DNA of 64,000 nt. Source: Eukaryota sp. TZLM1-RC. Taxonomy: Eukaryota > Protista > Metamonada: BaSk clade. This document shows positions 46,015 to 59,815 of the stretch, in pieces. The position numbers and the translations under genes were made by a program. Under the pieces are notes generated by a model. It searched no databases. It was given only the letters and a program-made list of their open reading frames with translations, and was not told the origin of the DNA. Each line of letters begins with the position of its first letter. Within the stretch, counting starts at the first letter, position 1. The DNA lies in assembly GCA_040285825.1 (NCBI GenBank), contig JAUPSS010000002.1, positions 2,976,001 through 3,040,000 of the forward strand, in the 5' to 3' direction.

Positions 46015-47324
46015 TTTTTTATTGTATAAATTATTGTATATAATTTTTAAATTATTTAATATTTATTGAATTTGCTCACTTAATTCAATTAACTCATAAC
46101 TAATGGGACGACTATAATTGAACCAGGATTTCCTCTACAAAATCTTGATCTGCTTGCTGTCTAGCTAAAGCTTCTCTTATTCGATTGAAAAACTGTGGTA
46201 ATCTATTAATAATGGTAAATTGAATCCGTGAACGCCATGAACAAATATCAAATCTTTTCATTGATGATAGCCAGTCGGCTTTCTGCTTAGGGATCCCTCA
46301 AGCACTGGATAACATTTCAGTTCTTCTCAATGCTGTCGTTCATCGTGAATTAGCAGCTTGTGATGTGACCATTGATTATGGCGATAGCGACGATGACATG
46401 ATTGATTCAAATCCAAGACTTCGACGTTTACTCAGTGGCATTCCTCCTCCTGATGAACTTCTCAATAGAGAAACCATTCTGGAATACTTTTGTTATGTCT
46501 TAATTTGGAAATGCAATTGTACTATTTATGGGGGCTATATCAGAGATTTTATTATCAGAAATGTTGCAGCCAATGATATTGATGTTTCTTGTCCAAATGA
46601 TGATTTGGATTGCGTCATAGAGCTTTTCAAAAAGGAAGTTTCTAATTCTGGTTTCAATTGCATTGTGAAATCAACACATCTTGTCAATGATGTTTGTAAA
46701 CGTGTAAAGGTCAATTTTGGAAGTTACTCTGTTGATGTTGATTTCACCCCTCCCAATGCTTCGAGAAGGCACTCTGATGCTGCCCCTCCCTACGTTGAGG
46801 CTGATGTCAGTAATCTCCAAATCAGCAAAGATAACTATCTTTCATTCAAGGAGCCCGCTGCGTGTGCTACTTTGAACTTATCATTAGCAAATGTATTGGA
46901 ACATTGTCTCAACCAAGAATTTATTTTCTTTTATGATTTACGTAATCACCCTAATTTGAAACATAGGTTGGAGAGAAAGTTCATCAGAGGCTGGACCCTG
47001 ATTTCTCAAATTCCCGACGAACAATTAGATTTGATCCAAAAATATAAGCATCTTTACAAGCCAATTGTACAGTTGTAGTTTTTTATTGTATAAATTATTG
47101 TATATAATTTTTAAATTATTTAATATTTATTGAATTTGCTCACTTAATTCAATTAACTCATAACTAATGGGACGACTATAATTGAACCAGGATTTCCTCT
47201 ACAAAATCTTGATCTGCTTGCTGTCTAGCTAAAGCTTCTCTTATTCGATTGAAAAACTGTGGTAATCTATTAATAATGGTAAATTGAATCCGTGAACGCC
47301 ATGAACAAATATCAAATCTTTTCA
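45197..47324 (+). repeat. Apparently perfect 1064-bp tandem duplication (45197-46260 / 46261-47324)
   Basis: Covers the NTase-coding end of the giant gene plus the adjacent retroelement 3' end; TTG microhomology at the junction. Confidence 0.9.
46398..47078 (+). CDS. Duplicated stand-alone nucleotidyltransferase ORF (226 aa from first ATG); expression unknown
   Basis: Identical to the C-terminus of the 2486-aa protein. Confidence 0.4.
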   Translation: MIDSNPRLRRLLSGIPPPDELLNRETILEYFCYVLIWKCNCTIYGGYIRDFIIRNVAANDIDVSCPNDDLDCVIELFKKEVSNSGFNCIVKSTHLVNDVCKRVKVNFGSYSVDVDFTPPNASRRHSDAAPPYVEADVSNLQISKDNYLSFKEPAACATLNLSLANVLEHCLNQEFIFFYDLRNHPNLKHRLERKFIRGWTLISQIPDEQLDLIQKYKHLYKPIVQL

Positions 47325-49105
47325 TTGTTTTTTTCAACCATTTTTTGGAAGTCATTCAAAAATGTTTCTGCTTCATCAGATAATCTTCCATTTATCGAAA
47401 ATGGGAAAGCAATAAAAACCAGCTGTGTATTTCCATCAGCATTAGCCTCTTCAATATATTTATCATATTTTCTATGTTTTTCTTTTGCTTTAAAATCAAG
47501 AGCACTCACAGGATTAAGTTTTCTTAATTGACCCAAAGTATCATTTGCAACATTTCATGAGGCAAAGTCAACAATAGCTTCAGAATTATCAATCCAATCA
47601 CCGTATACATCACCTCTATCATCAGAACTAAAATTATTCAGAGAAAGTGTTTCCTCAGCAGAGGCTCTTTGATACACGATATTCTTGCCGTTTATGCCAT
47701 ATTCAAAACAGTGTCTCCAACAGCATCATGTAATGAAGAACGATAAGTTATCAATTTCGAACAATTTAGAGCATGTCGCAAAGTGAGCTCAGGTGAATTC
47801 GAACAAATACATTTTTCTTTTGATAATAATTGATTAATATGAATATTCAAATATAATCTCATTTTTGTTATAAACGCTTCATTAGTGGCACACAGTCCAA
47901 ATCTTCGTGGTACAATGGTCACAAACAGTGAAGAATCTGATGACTGATTTTCACAAACACCTTTTTCCAATAGCAATGAGTGAAGATCTTGATTGAAAAC
48001 AGCCGAGTTGCATATATTATTATAAGGATCTTTTTCATACATTTCAGTCAATCGTTTCTGTAATGTTCGAAGAGTGTACTTCAAATTTAAAACATTTTTT
48101 CTGGAATATTGCCATTGAATGATTGGGGAAAACATCGACCCCATTTTCTGCATCATTTTTTGAAATTTCTTCATTTAATGCAAAAACAGTGGAACTTTGC
48201 GTTGACATCAATAAATCTTCCCAAGCTGCAAATCTTTCAGAATACTCAAAGATTGCATTTCTGCATCCTCCAACAAAAGCACACGAGGTAAGAATAGAAG
48301 CCTTCATCCACCCTAAACCACCATAATGTGGACTAAGGTAAGCATGATCTGGAATTTGGAACATTTTACATCCCAGTAAATGAGACAGAACTTTTGCACG
48401 TAACTCATTAAACTTTTGAGCCAAAGGTCTAGTGACGAGAGGATTTGTAGATCGGAATATATGATTAAAATTGAAACTAAAACACAGTCTTATAATGGTA
48501 AATTTGATGTGTTTTTGTATATCTAAATTTATCATTCGGTCAATTTGTCGGAATTTGAGTTCAACTTTTCAAACAATTTTTTGGTAATTTCATCATTATT
48601 TCCTAAAAACGAACCCAAATGACGAATATCATCAATTAGAATATAATTTGACTTGAATTTCACTGCCATCAACTATTGTAGAAACTGGAAAATTGGATAA
48701 CAAAACACATTTAAGTAAATTAAGTCGGAGACCAATTTTGGTAAACAATTCTTTAAAACATACAGTTGCTTGTTTCACAATATTTAAATCACTAATAAGC
48801 ACAACATCATCCATATATGCAATTATTTTTAGAGAATGAAACATCTCTTGAATTTGCAATAAAATAGGATGAATGGCCAAACAAAACAAAAAAGGTCCTA
48901 ACGGATCTCCTTGCTTTACACCACTTGATGAACTCAAAATGCAATTACCAAAGTGTAAATAAGAATATGTGCTATATGTTGATTGAAAATACGGCATTAA
49001 TTCAGGCATATATTGCAATAAAGCACCATGGATACTGCAACTACTTAGTGAATTGAATACATTACTAAAATCCAATGACATACAAACATTGGATTCATTT
49101 TGGCT
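47125..49105 (-). mobile_element. Degenerate CRE-like subfamily B element, RT core to 3' end, tail-to-tail with the giant gene
   Basis: LDFSNVFNS, SSGVKQGDPLGPFLFCLAIHP, AYMDD, GGLG, CCHC, HDAV. Confidence 0.9.
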
Positions 49106-49289
49106 CATTTTATAGTTTCTCTTCATTGTATAAATTATTGTATATATTTGTTTACATTTCATCATAATTTTTTAATATTGTTTTAAACCCATAAATCAAC
49201 ATCCAAAAAATCCATCTCTCCCAAAACAGAAGCATCAGATGCAACTCTCGTATAATGCGACGCAAAAAAAAGCACAGCATCAGAAACCA

Positions 49290-50350
49290 TCTTCAAGAAA
49301 ACCTTAAAAACAGAAACACAATTCTATTTTGCCAATACAATCTGTCGAAATTTCTGTTAGTTTTTCTCTTTACAATCATTTCAAAATCTTCCACAAAACT
49401 TATAGCCGTTGCAGCAAGTGAACTAAATAATAGTGAACTAAATAGTGGAAATCGAAATGGATAAAAATTAAATTTTGCATGCTGTTGACTGGCCAATTGG
49501 GACAAAGGTTCATTGTATCTTTTTGATTTTGAAATTTTCAGCAATTGAAGAAGAAGTGTGAATTTCAGAATTAACAAGCCATTCATTTGGGGCATAGCAA
49601 GGACCAACAGATACAACATCTCTTAAAATGAAGGTTCCATCTAATCCAGGTAATATGCCATCACCTCTATTATTGTTATGAAAATCATCTTCAGCATCAA
49701 ACACATTTGACAACAGAGGTTCCATAATGGATTCAATTCTATGTGACTTACACATACAATATAATTGGTCTCATACAGCAACGTGACCCTTGCTACTAAA
49801 AGTAGTGTAATGTTTTCAATTGAGCAAATGAGTAATTGTCATGTTTCGAGAACATTAATAAATTTCAGTATGAGGTGGCTTGTCAGGCCGGGCAAAGGAA
49901 CGAAATCTCATATTCAAAGTCCAAGCAGAATCAGTGAAGGGAGTACCCAACTTGAGGAATTGTTGTTACTAAGGCAGAAATAGTTCTATCACACATATTT
50001 TGTAAAAAAAATTTGCAAAAGCGAGATTCTTTTACTTGGCCAAGGCAGGTCTAACATCAAAAACCAAGCTTTCAAAAAACCTTAACAATTTTTATTCAAG
50101 CTTTTTACAGCAAAATTGCATATTAAAAAGAGATTGGTTTGGAATTTCTTGAATTGATTGGGGAAAACATTTAGGCCAAATTTATTTGGCAATCTAAGTT
50201 CACAAGATAACTCATTCAAATATGGACTGCAACTGGGAAAAAATATTTTTTTCATATTGACCTTTCTTAGCATCAATGCAGTTCCCTTGATTCTTGTCTT
50301 ATTTATGTCGAAAAATTTGGCCTTTATACGGTATAACATGTCTTCAAGAC
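49290..50350 (-). mobile_element. Degenerate CRE-like element 3' half (subfamily D)
   Basis: MCKSHRIESIMEP...RGDGILPG...DVVSV and FYPFRF...YWQNRIVF endonuclease region. Confidence 0.75.
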
Positions 50351-50979
50351 ACTATTTTATTTATATTTCTTTATTTGTCTTCGTTTTGAATTGAGAAGAT
50401 TGAAATCACATATACTCGTACGTTGAAATTCAATTTAAGTCTTGTTAACGTTTTTATTCTAGCTTTACACTGTGTATAAATTACAGAATTTTGGTGAATA
50501 GGATCATTTTATGTTTTAAACCGTGATGAACAGCATTTTTATCGTGTTTCTCAATGATAATTTTTTGAATATATCCCAAACGATTGATCAGTGTCAAGAA
50601 ATGAGTAACAAAAATGTACAAAATGACTACACAGAAATGGTAGATTTTACGGAATTTTATTGAATTTTCGGGCAAAACATTCTCTTCATGCAATTTAACA
50701 TCATTTTGCGACCGCTACAGATGAATGTTCGAAAAAGTCGACAAGAAAGTGATAATATTGATAGCTAAGCAAGTGATCACTATAACTATTGATGGTCTCC
50801 AAGAAAATCTATCCAATAGCGTCTAATGTATTCCTAAATGCATGATACGATGGAATACTTTCATTTCCACTCCCATTCGATCTTTTTGTACCTTGACATC
50901 CATGAGCGACAGCAACGGCAACTATCTGGAGAATGCATTCCTTCCTTCCTTCCTTCTGTAGTCAAAAAAGTTCAGAATA

Positions 50980-51918
50980 CCGTATATTGGTTAGAATTGG
51001 TTCAAAAAATAGTGGGAATTTTTTATAAGTGGGAAATAAAATATTGGGAACTTTTCAAAAGGTTCCCAATATTCCCAATGTTTTTCTCAAATTGTTGTAT
51101 GTCATATTTGTGCAAAGTTGAGTAAACACAGATAACAAAATTTTATAGAAACACTAAATGTATCAACTATTGCTCCATATTGAAATGTTAGACATGGTTT
51201 TCGTCTATGTATATGCTTGATAAATCACAAATCAACAAAACGTTCTTTTAAGAAGAGAAAAAAGCCAAGGGCTGGCAGACAAGATAATAAACCACTTTGG
51301 ACCACGAAGACGAAACAACCCTCTTTTTTATCTCTCACCTGATGAACAGTCCTGACAAAGCCCTTGAACCTGTTTTAAAACAAAGACGTCTATATAAGTA
51401 TTTTCCTGAACGATCTACCACTTTGGACGTCTTGAACGTCGATACTGCTGAAGAAGTGCTGGAACATCTTCCACCTGAGGATCGTTTAACGGCGAAAGAC
51501 GTGCTACAATCACCCTGCAACCTCACCAACATTGACAAGGCCAAGTCTTCATATAATCCTTGGCCTATGGAACGCCATTTTGAACTTGCTGAGTATATGG
51601 TGAAAGAACAAAGAACAGCAAGCTATTGTTTCAAGTTGGCCCGCTTCAAGGGTATGAACAAGTCCAATGCCAGCCGATATAAAAAAGAGTATCTTGCTTT
51701 GAAAGCTAAGTTTGTTCTTCTAAGTTTGAGTATGAATGATTGTAGTTTGGTTTAAATTTTGCTTATAAATGTTTGTCTTTAAAATTTGACACGTGTTACC
51801 AAAAAGTGCACACGTGTAAACACTGTTTAAAAATAAGTGGGAATTTGTAAATTGGGAATTTTTCAAAAAATTCCCAAAATTCCCACTATTTTTTGAACCA
51901 ATTCTAACCAATATACGG
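50980..51918. mobile_element. Non-autonomous Tc1/mariner-pogo-type element with 43-bp perfect TIRs and TA TSD
   Basis: TA|ccgtatattggttagaattggttcaaaaaatagtgggaatttt ... exact reverse complement|TA; internal tgggaa subterminal repeats; ORF 51297-51755 with an HTH-like end. Confidence 0.85.
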
Positions 51919-54359
51919 TACTTCAATTTGATGGTCTTGGCTGCTGTGTGTTGGAATTCATACAGTGTGTAGTAACAGAAGTGTAATTTATTACGAAGAC
52001 GAATTGTATTCTCTCTTCTTAAACTAATAGGCGGAATACTAATAAACTATATAATTAAAATATAAATACTATTCAAGACTAACAAATTATTTTTAAAGGA
52101 AAGATGTACTTGTTCGACACAATTGGTTCTGCAGGGGTAAAGCTGAAGAAAGAGTCTTTGGAACGTAATTGTTTTGAAGTTATACACTTAAGAAAAAAAA
52201 CATACAACTACTGATACTTAACAATAATTGAGGATTTTGGAGTAAATCATTGGTTTAATCTTGGAAGTAATGTATTCGAGGATTGATTCGTATTCAATAC
52301 GACATTTTCTAGCTTTAAAATGCATCTGAATGAAATTCCAGAACAAAAAGTTTTAGCTGTCATAGAAGATGGTGATAAAAGGAAGTCGTGTTGAGATTTG
52401 GGGAAGTAAAAACTATAACTCTACGTCTTAATACAGCAAACAGAGGTTTCAATTGGATTCATGGTGGAGGATTCATGCTGATCAATTTTTACTGCGTTAC
52501 CAATGTTGATCGCAACTGTTGATCACCTTGTTTCTAAAGGCATGGATTGTTTTTGGGAATCAGAGGTAAATCAAAGGTGAATTGGAATTATAATTCACCA
52601 AACTTGCTTATTGGTTCTTGAAGTATTACCCCTCAAGTGACATAAATTTGTGGATTAGTTCACCTTATTGAACAAAATCTTTTTCATTGAAAGTCCCTCT
52701 TTCGGAATTGAGTTTCCTACTGCTACTTACAGTTTACTGCACTCAGTAGTCACTAACGTTATCTGTTACCAACGTTGGCATCTTTTTTGCTTCTTGATGG
52801 ATGCCACTCCTTTATTGCTTTTCTGTTCTTATCGACTCTACCTTCAAAGACAATTACTTACTCCCCTACTCTCTTTCTACTCTCGATTCTGCTATTTGGG
52901 ATGAGTTGACTGGATGCAGTTTTCGGAATCAACTCTCTACACTTCCTTCTGTTGTCATTCGTCCATCAGTGCTCTGAACAATCCTTTTCAACAATCAAGC
53001 ATCCTTTTCTGATGAAGATTCTTCACGATCCCTCCTTGTCTGATCCCTCTGATACCTCTGTTCATTGTATCGAAGTTGCGCTTTCTGCGAACCCCGTCGC
53101 ACATGCCTCGTTTAGTTCTAGGTCTTGCAAGGACCTAGACTTGAATGAAGGTTGTCTACTGAAAGCTGAACACACTTGCTATTTAGGCCTCCATATTGTT
53201 ATAAATAATGTTAAACTTTAAAAAAACTTTTATTTATTTGCAGATTGGTCAAAGGTATCTTGGTTCTCATTGTGATAAGAGACTACCATCAAGGATAAAA
53301 AGGGAATTGGCAAAGCTGGTGTTTTTGTAGACGGTCAAAGATGAAAATTTCATGTTCCTTGCATTGTGATAGTTACCCACTTTTTGTAGCGAATAACTTG
53401 TTTTGATTTTTCACAACATTTAGATGTATTTGTGGAGTCTCTACCAAATATTGGGAGTAATTCTCTTTATTTAGAGTCTCTATTTATAAATACCCAAACG
53501 ACTGAGTAATCATCAACCATTCAGTTTTTAACTGTTTGAGGTTGATTGCAGTCAAGAAAGATCTGATTACGTGTGTCTGTATAGTCGACATGTTTTTGGA
53601 TCTTTGTAGGTTTCATACTTACATTTTTGACTCTTTACTGAACAGTTGAAACCACATCTTTTACCCAAATGAGCAGAGGCGTAGACAAACTGACTTCACA
53701 TTATTTGGTTGAATACCAGCATTAAGATCTGAGTAAGAGAATTCTGTGCACCAAACAGTGATTTTTGTGTTCTGTTGATCTTTAAATGGTTTATTCACAG
53801 TAACTTCCAAAATGGAGAAAGGGTCTGATCCATTGGCAGGAATTTCCTAAAAGTCAAGATGGAGTTCTGAAATGAAGGTTTTGAGCAGCTTTACACTATG
53901 CTACCAATGTTGCTCTCACAAAGTTGCAGCTTTCAATCCATTAATTTCCGCCTCACCATTTTCCTGAAGCTCTCAACGCATTTTCCACAAGGTCCTAACA
54001 ATATTTCGGATCTACTCTGAAATTGTCTTTCTATTTTGAGTTGTTGTAGCCTTAAGTCGAGATGTTAAGATAAAGAGTATAGCATAAAGTGAATGAGGTA
54101 AGGTGATTTATTTTGCTCGTTCTCTATTTAAGCCTAAAGGCGTCAACTCTACTTCTTCCCTTTTGGAATTAATCAACTTTAAATTAATCAACTAACAAGT
54201 ATAAAAACTATAACTATACAAAATACTAGTAACTAAATGCTATTGTCTACTGTTACCTCTGCGCGGATTTGGATTCACACTAGTTTTGCACTTTTAATAT
54301 CGACAATTGATGTATTATGACTAGTTGAAAATGATGTAGAATAGAGTAGTGAACAATAA

Positions 54360-55185
54360 TTAAAAAGACCCTCGTTCCTTGATCTATGTGTTTGAATACT
54401 TTGTTGAGTATGTTTTAATCGTTTCATTAAGACCTGCTTCTTCTTCCCTTTTTCGTAAACGAGTAACGTGGTCGTTGAGTAAAGTTATCATGGAATCGAG
54501 TAGTGGATTCGCTAATGATTATACAGGGTTTTTTGGACTAAAAACAACAGTAGGCAAAGTAACAAACTTCAAAACTGTGAAGGCGGGATCTTTTGTTGTT
54601 AAAGTACTGCCTTTAGGACTACATCTGTTAGAGGAGCAAAGACCGTATCCTTGCCCTCGTAGTACATTAATAGTGGAGGTGGAGTCTCTACTCGTAACCT
54701 CGTATGTAGTCGACTTTTTAGTGTTTGGCTCCATAAGGGAGAGTTGCTCGAATAGACAAAATCTGTTGGCTCGAGGTAGGTCTCCGCGTGCTTGTTAAGA
54801 GTTTGTAGAATCCATCACTGGTGCCTTCCCCTTCCATGTTATCTAGTTGATCATGAAATTTTTTATACTCGCCTAGAGGGGTTGATGTATGTAAAATGGG
54901 ATTTCCATCCGTTTTCTTACTAGATTCTACATTAGAGAGGGAGATGGAGCTGGGTCCGTTCTCGTTTCCTCTTTTGACAAATTTGGGTCAGAAGGAGAGG
55001 TGGGATCTTGTTCCTTTGACAACATCTATTTCAGAAGAAGGAGGCACCTCGTCCGTTCTATCAACCGGTTGTCTATTGAAGGAGGAGTCCGTTATCTCAT
55101 TGTCCTCATGATTGTGTTGTTGTTGCTGCTGCATGCTGTTAGAAGTATAAGAGTCAGACATATCTTTCTGAAAGATGTCTGACAT
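54360..55185 (-). pseudogene. Disrupted reading frame of unknown origin
   Basis: ORF pieces 54988-55185 and 54519-54734 join across one frameshift and stops; no family recognised. Confidence 0.3.
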
Positions 55186-55999
55186 CCTGCTACCTGATAT
55201 ATGTTACTGTAATGCTGGTAATGTTATAGTTAGATACGGTATATCTTATTGACTTCAGTCTGCCAGTCTATCAGTCTGCACACATTTTTAGGAAGAGTTG
55301 GTCAGACAAAGGCCCCAACTTCCCGATGACACCATTTTAGTAGTTCTCTATAAGAGTGGTGGTAACTTTCGTGTTGTTACCAACGATACTCTGAAAAGGT
55401 GGATTGCTCAAGTGGAAGGATCTGAAGGAATTGCATTCTCCTTGAAAGTGAACCCAAGAAATCTGAACCGTAATAGCCTGGAATTCCTGGGTTGATCGCT
55501 ACAGACGTAATCAAGCGGAAACTGTTGTTATTCCATGTGATTTGACGAGATTATTTTTGCAGCACCCACTCATGGTTCGGATACGTTTGACCAGCATTAG
55601 CCAGAAAGAATCACACAATTTGTGTCAAGACAATAAGTGGTGTGGTCCTCGGAAGAACCGTGGCAGACCTCAGGACCCGGATGTCCAGGTCAATTGAAAA
55701 CTTCGTTCATGATGAAGAATTTCGGTCTCTTCCTGGGGTGCTGCTTCCGAAGCAAACATGAAGAGAATCCAGAATGTTGAAGACCCCATGCTCTCCAGTA
55801 GTTGTTTTAGAAATCATTCAATAAATTGTCTTTATTTAGTTAAGCTCTCTCAAATTTCCATTGACAAACAACGTTTTGAACAGGCTTTACGTTCGAAGGA
55901 ATGTACGGTGAAGTAAAAAAGTTTCCATAGATCCAGCATGCGTGCGTTAATAGTCTAGAATATTTACTTTTCAACTGAACAATGCAGCACTTAATTATA

Positions 56000-56900
56000 T
56001 AGTGTTGCACGAAACGTCCAAAATTTTCGGCGGAATCGTGTTTCGGAAACCAAACGCTTCCGAAACGTTCCGAAACGTCTTTTTGGGGTACTCCAACTTC
56101 TTTCTTCCTCTCTTCTATTCTCTCTTCCAAAAACACGTGTTGAAACCATGGAGAATCTGCGTCATTACTTCACTGCTGACGAGACAGTTGACTCTGAACT
56201 CCGCTCACCAAGCGGGCGACGAAAAGTTCCAAAAGTTACTTGCAAATCTTGTGGTCATTCCTTTCTAGGAAGCAATGGAACAACATCTTTATTGTCTCCC
56301 TGGTGTTAAATCATGTTCCAGACCTCCATCTACACTACCTCCTCGTGCAACCAAGCGAATTTCCAAAAGGCACAACGAACTGTCAGCAAAACAACCCAAG
56401 AAAGGAACAATCGAAGCTCATTTTAACCAAATTGGTACAGATGCATTGAATAAAGCTATTGCAATGTTTTTCTATCGTAACGGTATCCCTTTTAATGCAA
56501 CACGTACTAAAGAATTCAATAACATGGTAACAATGATGACATCAGCAAATTTTGTATTCTGTCTGCCTTCTTACAATGCACTTAGAACTAATCTCCTGGA
56601 AGAAGTGAAACACAGTATCGAACTACGCTTGGTACCGTTATTTGAAAAGATACGAGATGTTGGTTGTACCTTGCCCTTCGACGGCTGGACTGATCCATCA
56701 GGCAACTCTTTAACTAATTTTGTATTAATAGCAGGCTCAGAGGCCATGTTTTACGACTGCGTAAACACATTTGGAAAGAAAAAGGACGCAAATATCATTT
56801 TTCTTGACGTTGATAACATCATTCAACTTTTTGTGTAACCCATCTAGAAACAGTCGAATGGTGGACCAAAAAGAATCTGGCTATTGATGACTGTGATTCC
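56000..56900 (+). mobile_element. Internally deleted hAT transposon (BED finger + DUF659-type region)
   Basis: Terminus tagtgttgcacga with gaaacg subterminal repeats; ATG 56148 ...CKSC...H...C; FFYRNGIPFN, PSYNALRT, DGWTD; EWW remnant. Confidence 0.8.
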
Positions 56901-57139
56901 TCAAGAAAGAGGTAGGTGTATACAGCACGCGTTTTTGTATCTTCAGAAGCATGAGACCTGAGTTGTTGAACGTCTCAACAGCTTAAATGAATAGAGAAAT
57001 GTAAAGGCATTGATTGTTTGGTGTTAGAATGGTTGGTTGAAAATGTTTGTACACCAAAATGCAATCAAAATGAAAACTCCAGTTGATTTGCCTCTTTAAT
57101 TTTTTTTCATCGCAATCAAAGCGCGAAGTTATTCAAATT

Positions 57140-57480
57140 CATTACTGTTTTCCAAAATAGTTCTTCAATACTAACTTCCGAAAGCAATGTACAGTGTTCT
57201 TCATCAAAAGTTTCTCTTTTTGTTGTCGAAGTAATGTTTGAAACAGGGTTTGAGTACTAATAGTGGTTCTGAGCTTTTGATTTAAAACATTGTTGCCCTT
57301 CAAAATTCCGGCTGTAACGTGCAACGATCGCTTGAAGCTCTTGACTGAGCTGTCTTACAGACCAGTTGCCTTCATTGTCAACTCCCATCCCACATCGCAT
57401 CACTGCAGCTTGGGCATAGGAAAAACCATTTTTGTGCTTTCTGTTGTCGATTTCCTCTACCACACTTTTAGCAAGTTGTA
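57140..57480 (-). pseudogene. C-terminal fragment of a pogo-like transposase related to the 62-64 kb element
   Basis: NGFSYAQAAVMRCGMG...GNWSVRQLSQELQAIV versus YARVAMMRCGLG...GEWSVKYLSPQLQAII. Confidence 0.75.
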
Positions 57481-57488
57481 GAAAACAC

Positions 57489-57900
57489 TAGTGTTGCACG
57501 AGACGTCTCCACTACTGTTGTTGTATTGTAACGTCTCCAAGACGTCTCCGCATCTCTATGTATCTGTATCTGTAGCCACATTTTTTCTGATTTAAACTTT
57601 ACTATATTTATTCCCCTTTTTCAAAAAAATAAAATCTTTTTATTTCTAACAGTATCTACCATCTAGATTCAAACTCTACTTCAATCAATTTCTCTATCAA
57701 GCAATGGATCAGTTTCATTTCTCGAAACGTCAACCAAAATTAAACGTGTATCTTCGATACGACTAGTGGGAGATCTAGCGTCAGCGGAGCAGGTGCTGTC
57801 ATCGACAAACTGAATGAAGTACTCCATAAGTTCGGGTTGAATCATAAGAATGAAAAGGCAGAAGAAATATAATAGGGTAAACTGGTCTCGTGCAAGACTA
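57489..57900. mobile_element. hAT-type MITE
   Basis: tagtgttgcacgagac ... gtctcgtgcaagacta (16-bp TIR, 1 mismatch), same terminus as 56000; no clear 8-bp TSD. Confidence 0.6.
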
Positions 57901-58639
57901 TATAAATATTAATTTTTAATTTACTTGGACTGAAACTGAATCAAAAACACTGTTATCAAAAATAACATTTTTTCATCATCTCTCTCATCAATAGGTAATT
58001 CTTGCACCATGTTTTCGAGAGACTTCGATAAAAGATGTGATTTATTCAAAGAAAACCAGTTCAACTTAAACCAGAGTTTGTACTCAAACAGAAAATTTTT
58101 CAAACTCCCCAATGAAAGCACTTTTGCATAAATATTTTTCGTGTGAAATTTCATGTGTTAAAGAATGAAGAAGGTTGTTAATTTTTGATCCAAAACACTC
58201 ATTCAGGACCGATAACGCTAAATGTTTGTCAATTTTTAACTCTTGAATAGCTAAAAGTTGCTCTTCAATTTTTTTTTCAAACTGCTGATCAAAATCAATT
58301 TAATTTTTCACTGTTTCCAAAATAGAAACCAAGAAAACGAATCGCATCTGCTTCATGATCAAACAATTTGATGAAAGCCTCAGAAAGTGATCCCTCAACA
58401 TTCTGATTACCAATAATAAAACATTTGGGCAATTTATTATATAACCCAATTTGTTGGAACAAAGAAATGAAATGCTGAAATCTTTGCTGTAAAAGTTAAT
58501 TATTCATTTTTATTCAATTTTTAGGAAAACACCAAAATGCACAAGATTAAATCAATTTCCATCAAAATTAAGAACAACATTATTCCCATCTGCTTCATCA
58601 AAAACCACAAAAATTACTATTGCTCTAAATCTTAATAAA

Positions 58640-59815
58640 CTTAAAGCTTCTGAACCTATATCCATCTGAGTGAACGATACTTTCGAATCTTGTGACAAAA
58701 TGATACCAACTCTGCATCAATATGGTATTGAATACAACAAAGAGTTCTCACCTGCTCAAAATAACAACAAGACCCGCTTTGGAAATCAGGTGTGATGATG
58801 AGAAGTGTCCCTTTCGTTTTATTTCTCGTCCCCTCTTGATTGCGATGTTTGGGTTGTTACGAAGTTAGTGGAGCACAACACACCTTGTCAAGCACAATCA
58901 AAAAATCACGTTCCTGCGAAAATTGTTGCTCATATCTTGAAAGAGGATTTCCGACGTTGTGGACCAGTATCTCCTACTAGAATGCAAAGGATGTCTGACA
59001 TGCCAATCAATCATAACGCATGTTTTAGAGTGGTAAAAGTAGCACAAATGTTGTTATATGGAGACCAGGAGAAGTCCTTGAGCCTACTACCTCGTTACTT
59101 CGAACGTTTGAAACAGAAAATGCCAGGAACTGTGGCTTTTGTTGAAGCAGGTGAAGATGATCGCTTTAGTGGTTGCTTTTTGGCGTTTTCAGCATCCATT
59201 ACTGGTCAGAAATATTGTAAACCTGTGATCCAGTTGGACGGGTGTTTCATCAAAGATCAGTATCTTGGAACAATCTTGGTAGCATTGACGCAATTTACAG
59301 ACATTCCCTCCAGCGTTTGGAGTTGTTGAAACTGAAAATACAGCAACTTGGTCGAGGTTTCTAGATCATCTTCGCAACATATTTGTTATCTCATACTTCA
59401 ATCTTTTCTGATCGGCAAAAAGGTCTGATCAATGCAGTGAAGGCTGTACTTCCTGGATGTCCTCATGCATTCTGTGTAAAACATCTTGCTGATAATGCAA
59501 CAGGTAAAGGATCAAAAAAAGCTAGGCATTTTATTTTCCGACTAGCAAAAGCAAAAAATCTCAATGACTGCAACGGAAATCGGAGAATCAATCGCACCGA
59601 AAGTAAATGTTCGCGGACCTTCAATTGCGAAGCCGAAAGTGGGCAGACCCAAGAAAGTTGGTATGAGGAATGCAAGTGAGAGAAAATCAGCAAGAAGCCC
59701 AGAAGATCTCAAGCTTCATTAGAGCCAGCTCAGAAACGCATTTTTAATTGTGGTTTATGTGGAGAAGTAAACCATAGCAAAAGAGGTTGTCCTAATCAAG
59801 AGTTTATTGTATCAT
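58640..59815 (+). mobile_element. MULE/Mutator transposase pseudogene
   Basis: IQLDGCFIK, AFGVVETEN...W..FL, IFSDRQKGL...HAFCVKHL, terminal CGLCGEVNHSKRGC knuckle; frameshifted. Confidence 0.85.

Noticed and set aside
51949-54197. Two TG...CA segments (51949-52084, 54064-54197) as LTRs
   Set aside because: They are not similar to each other and lack TSDs or a primer-binding site
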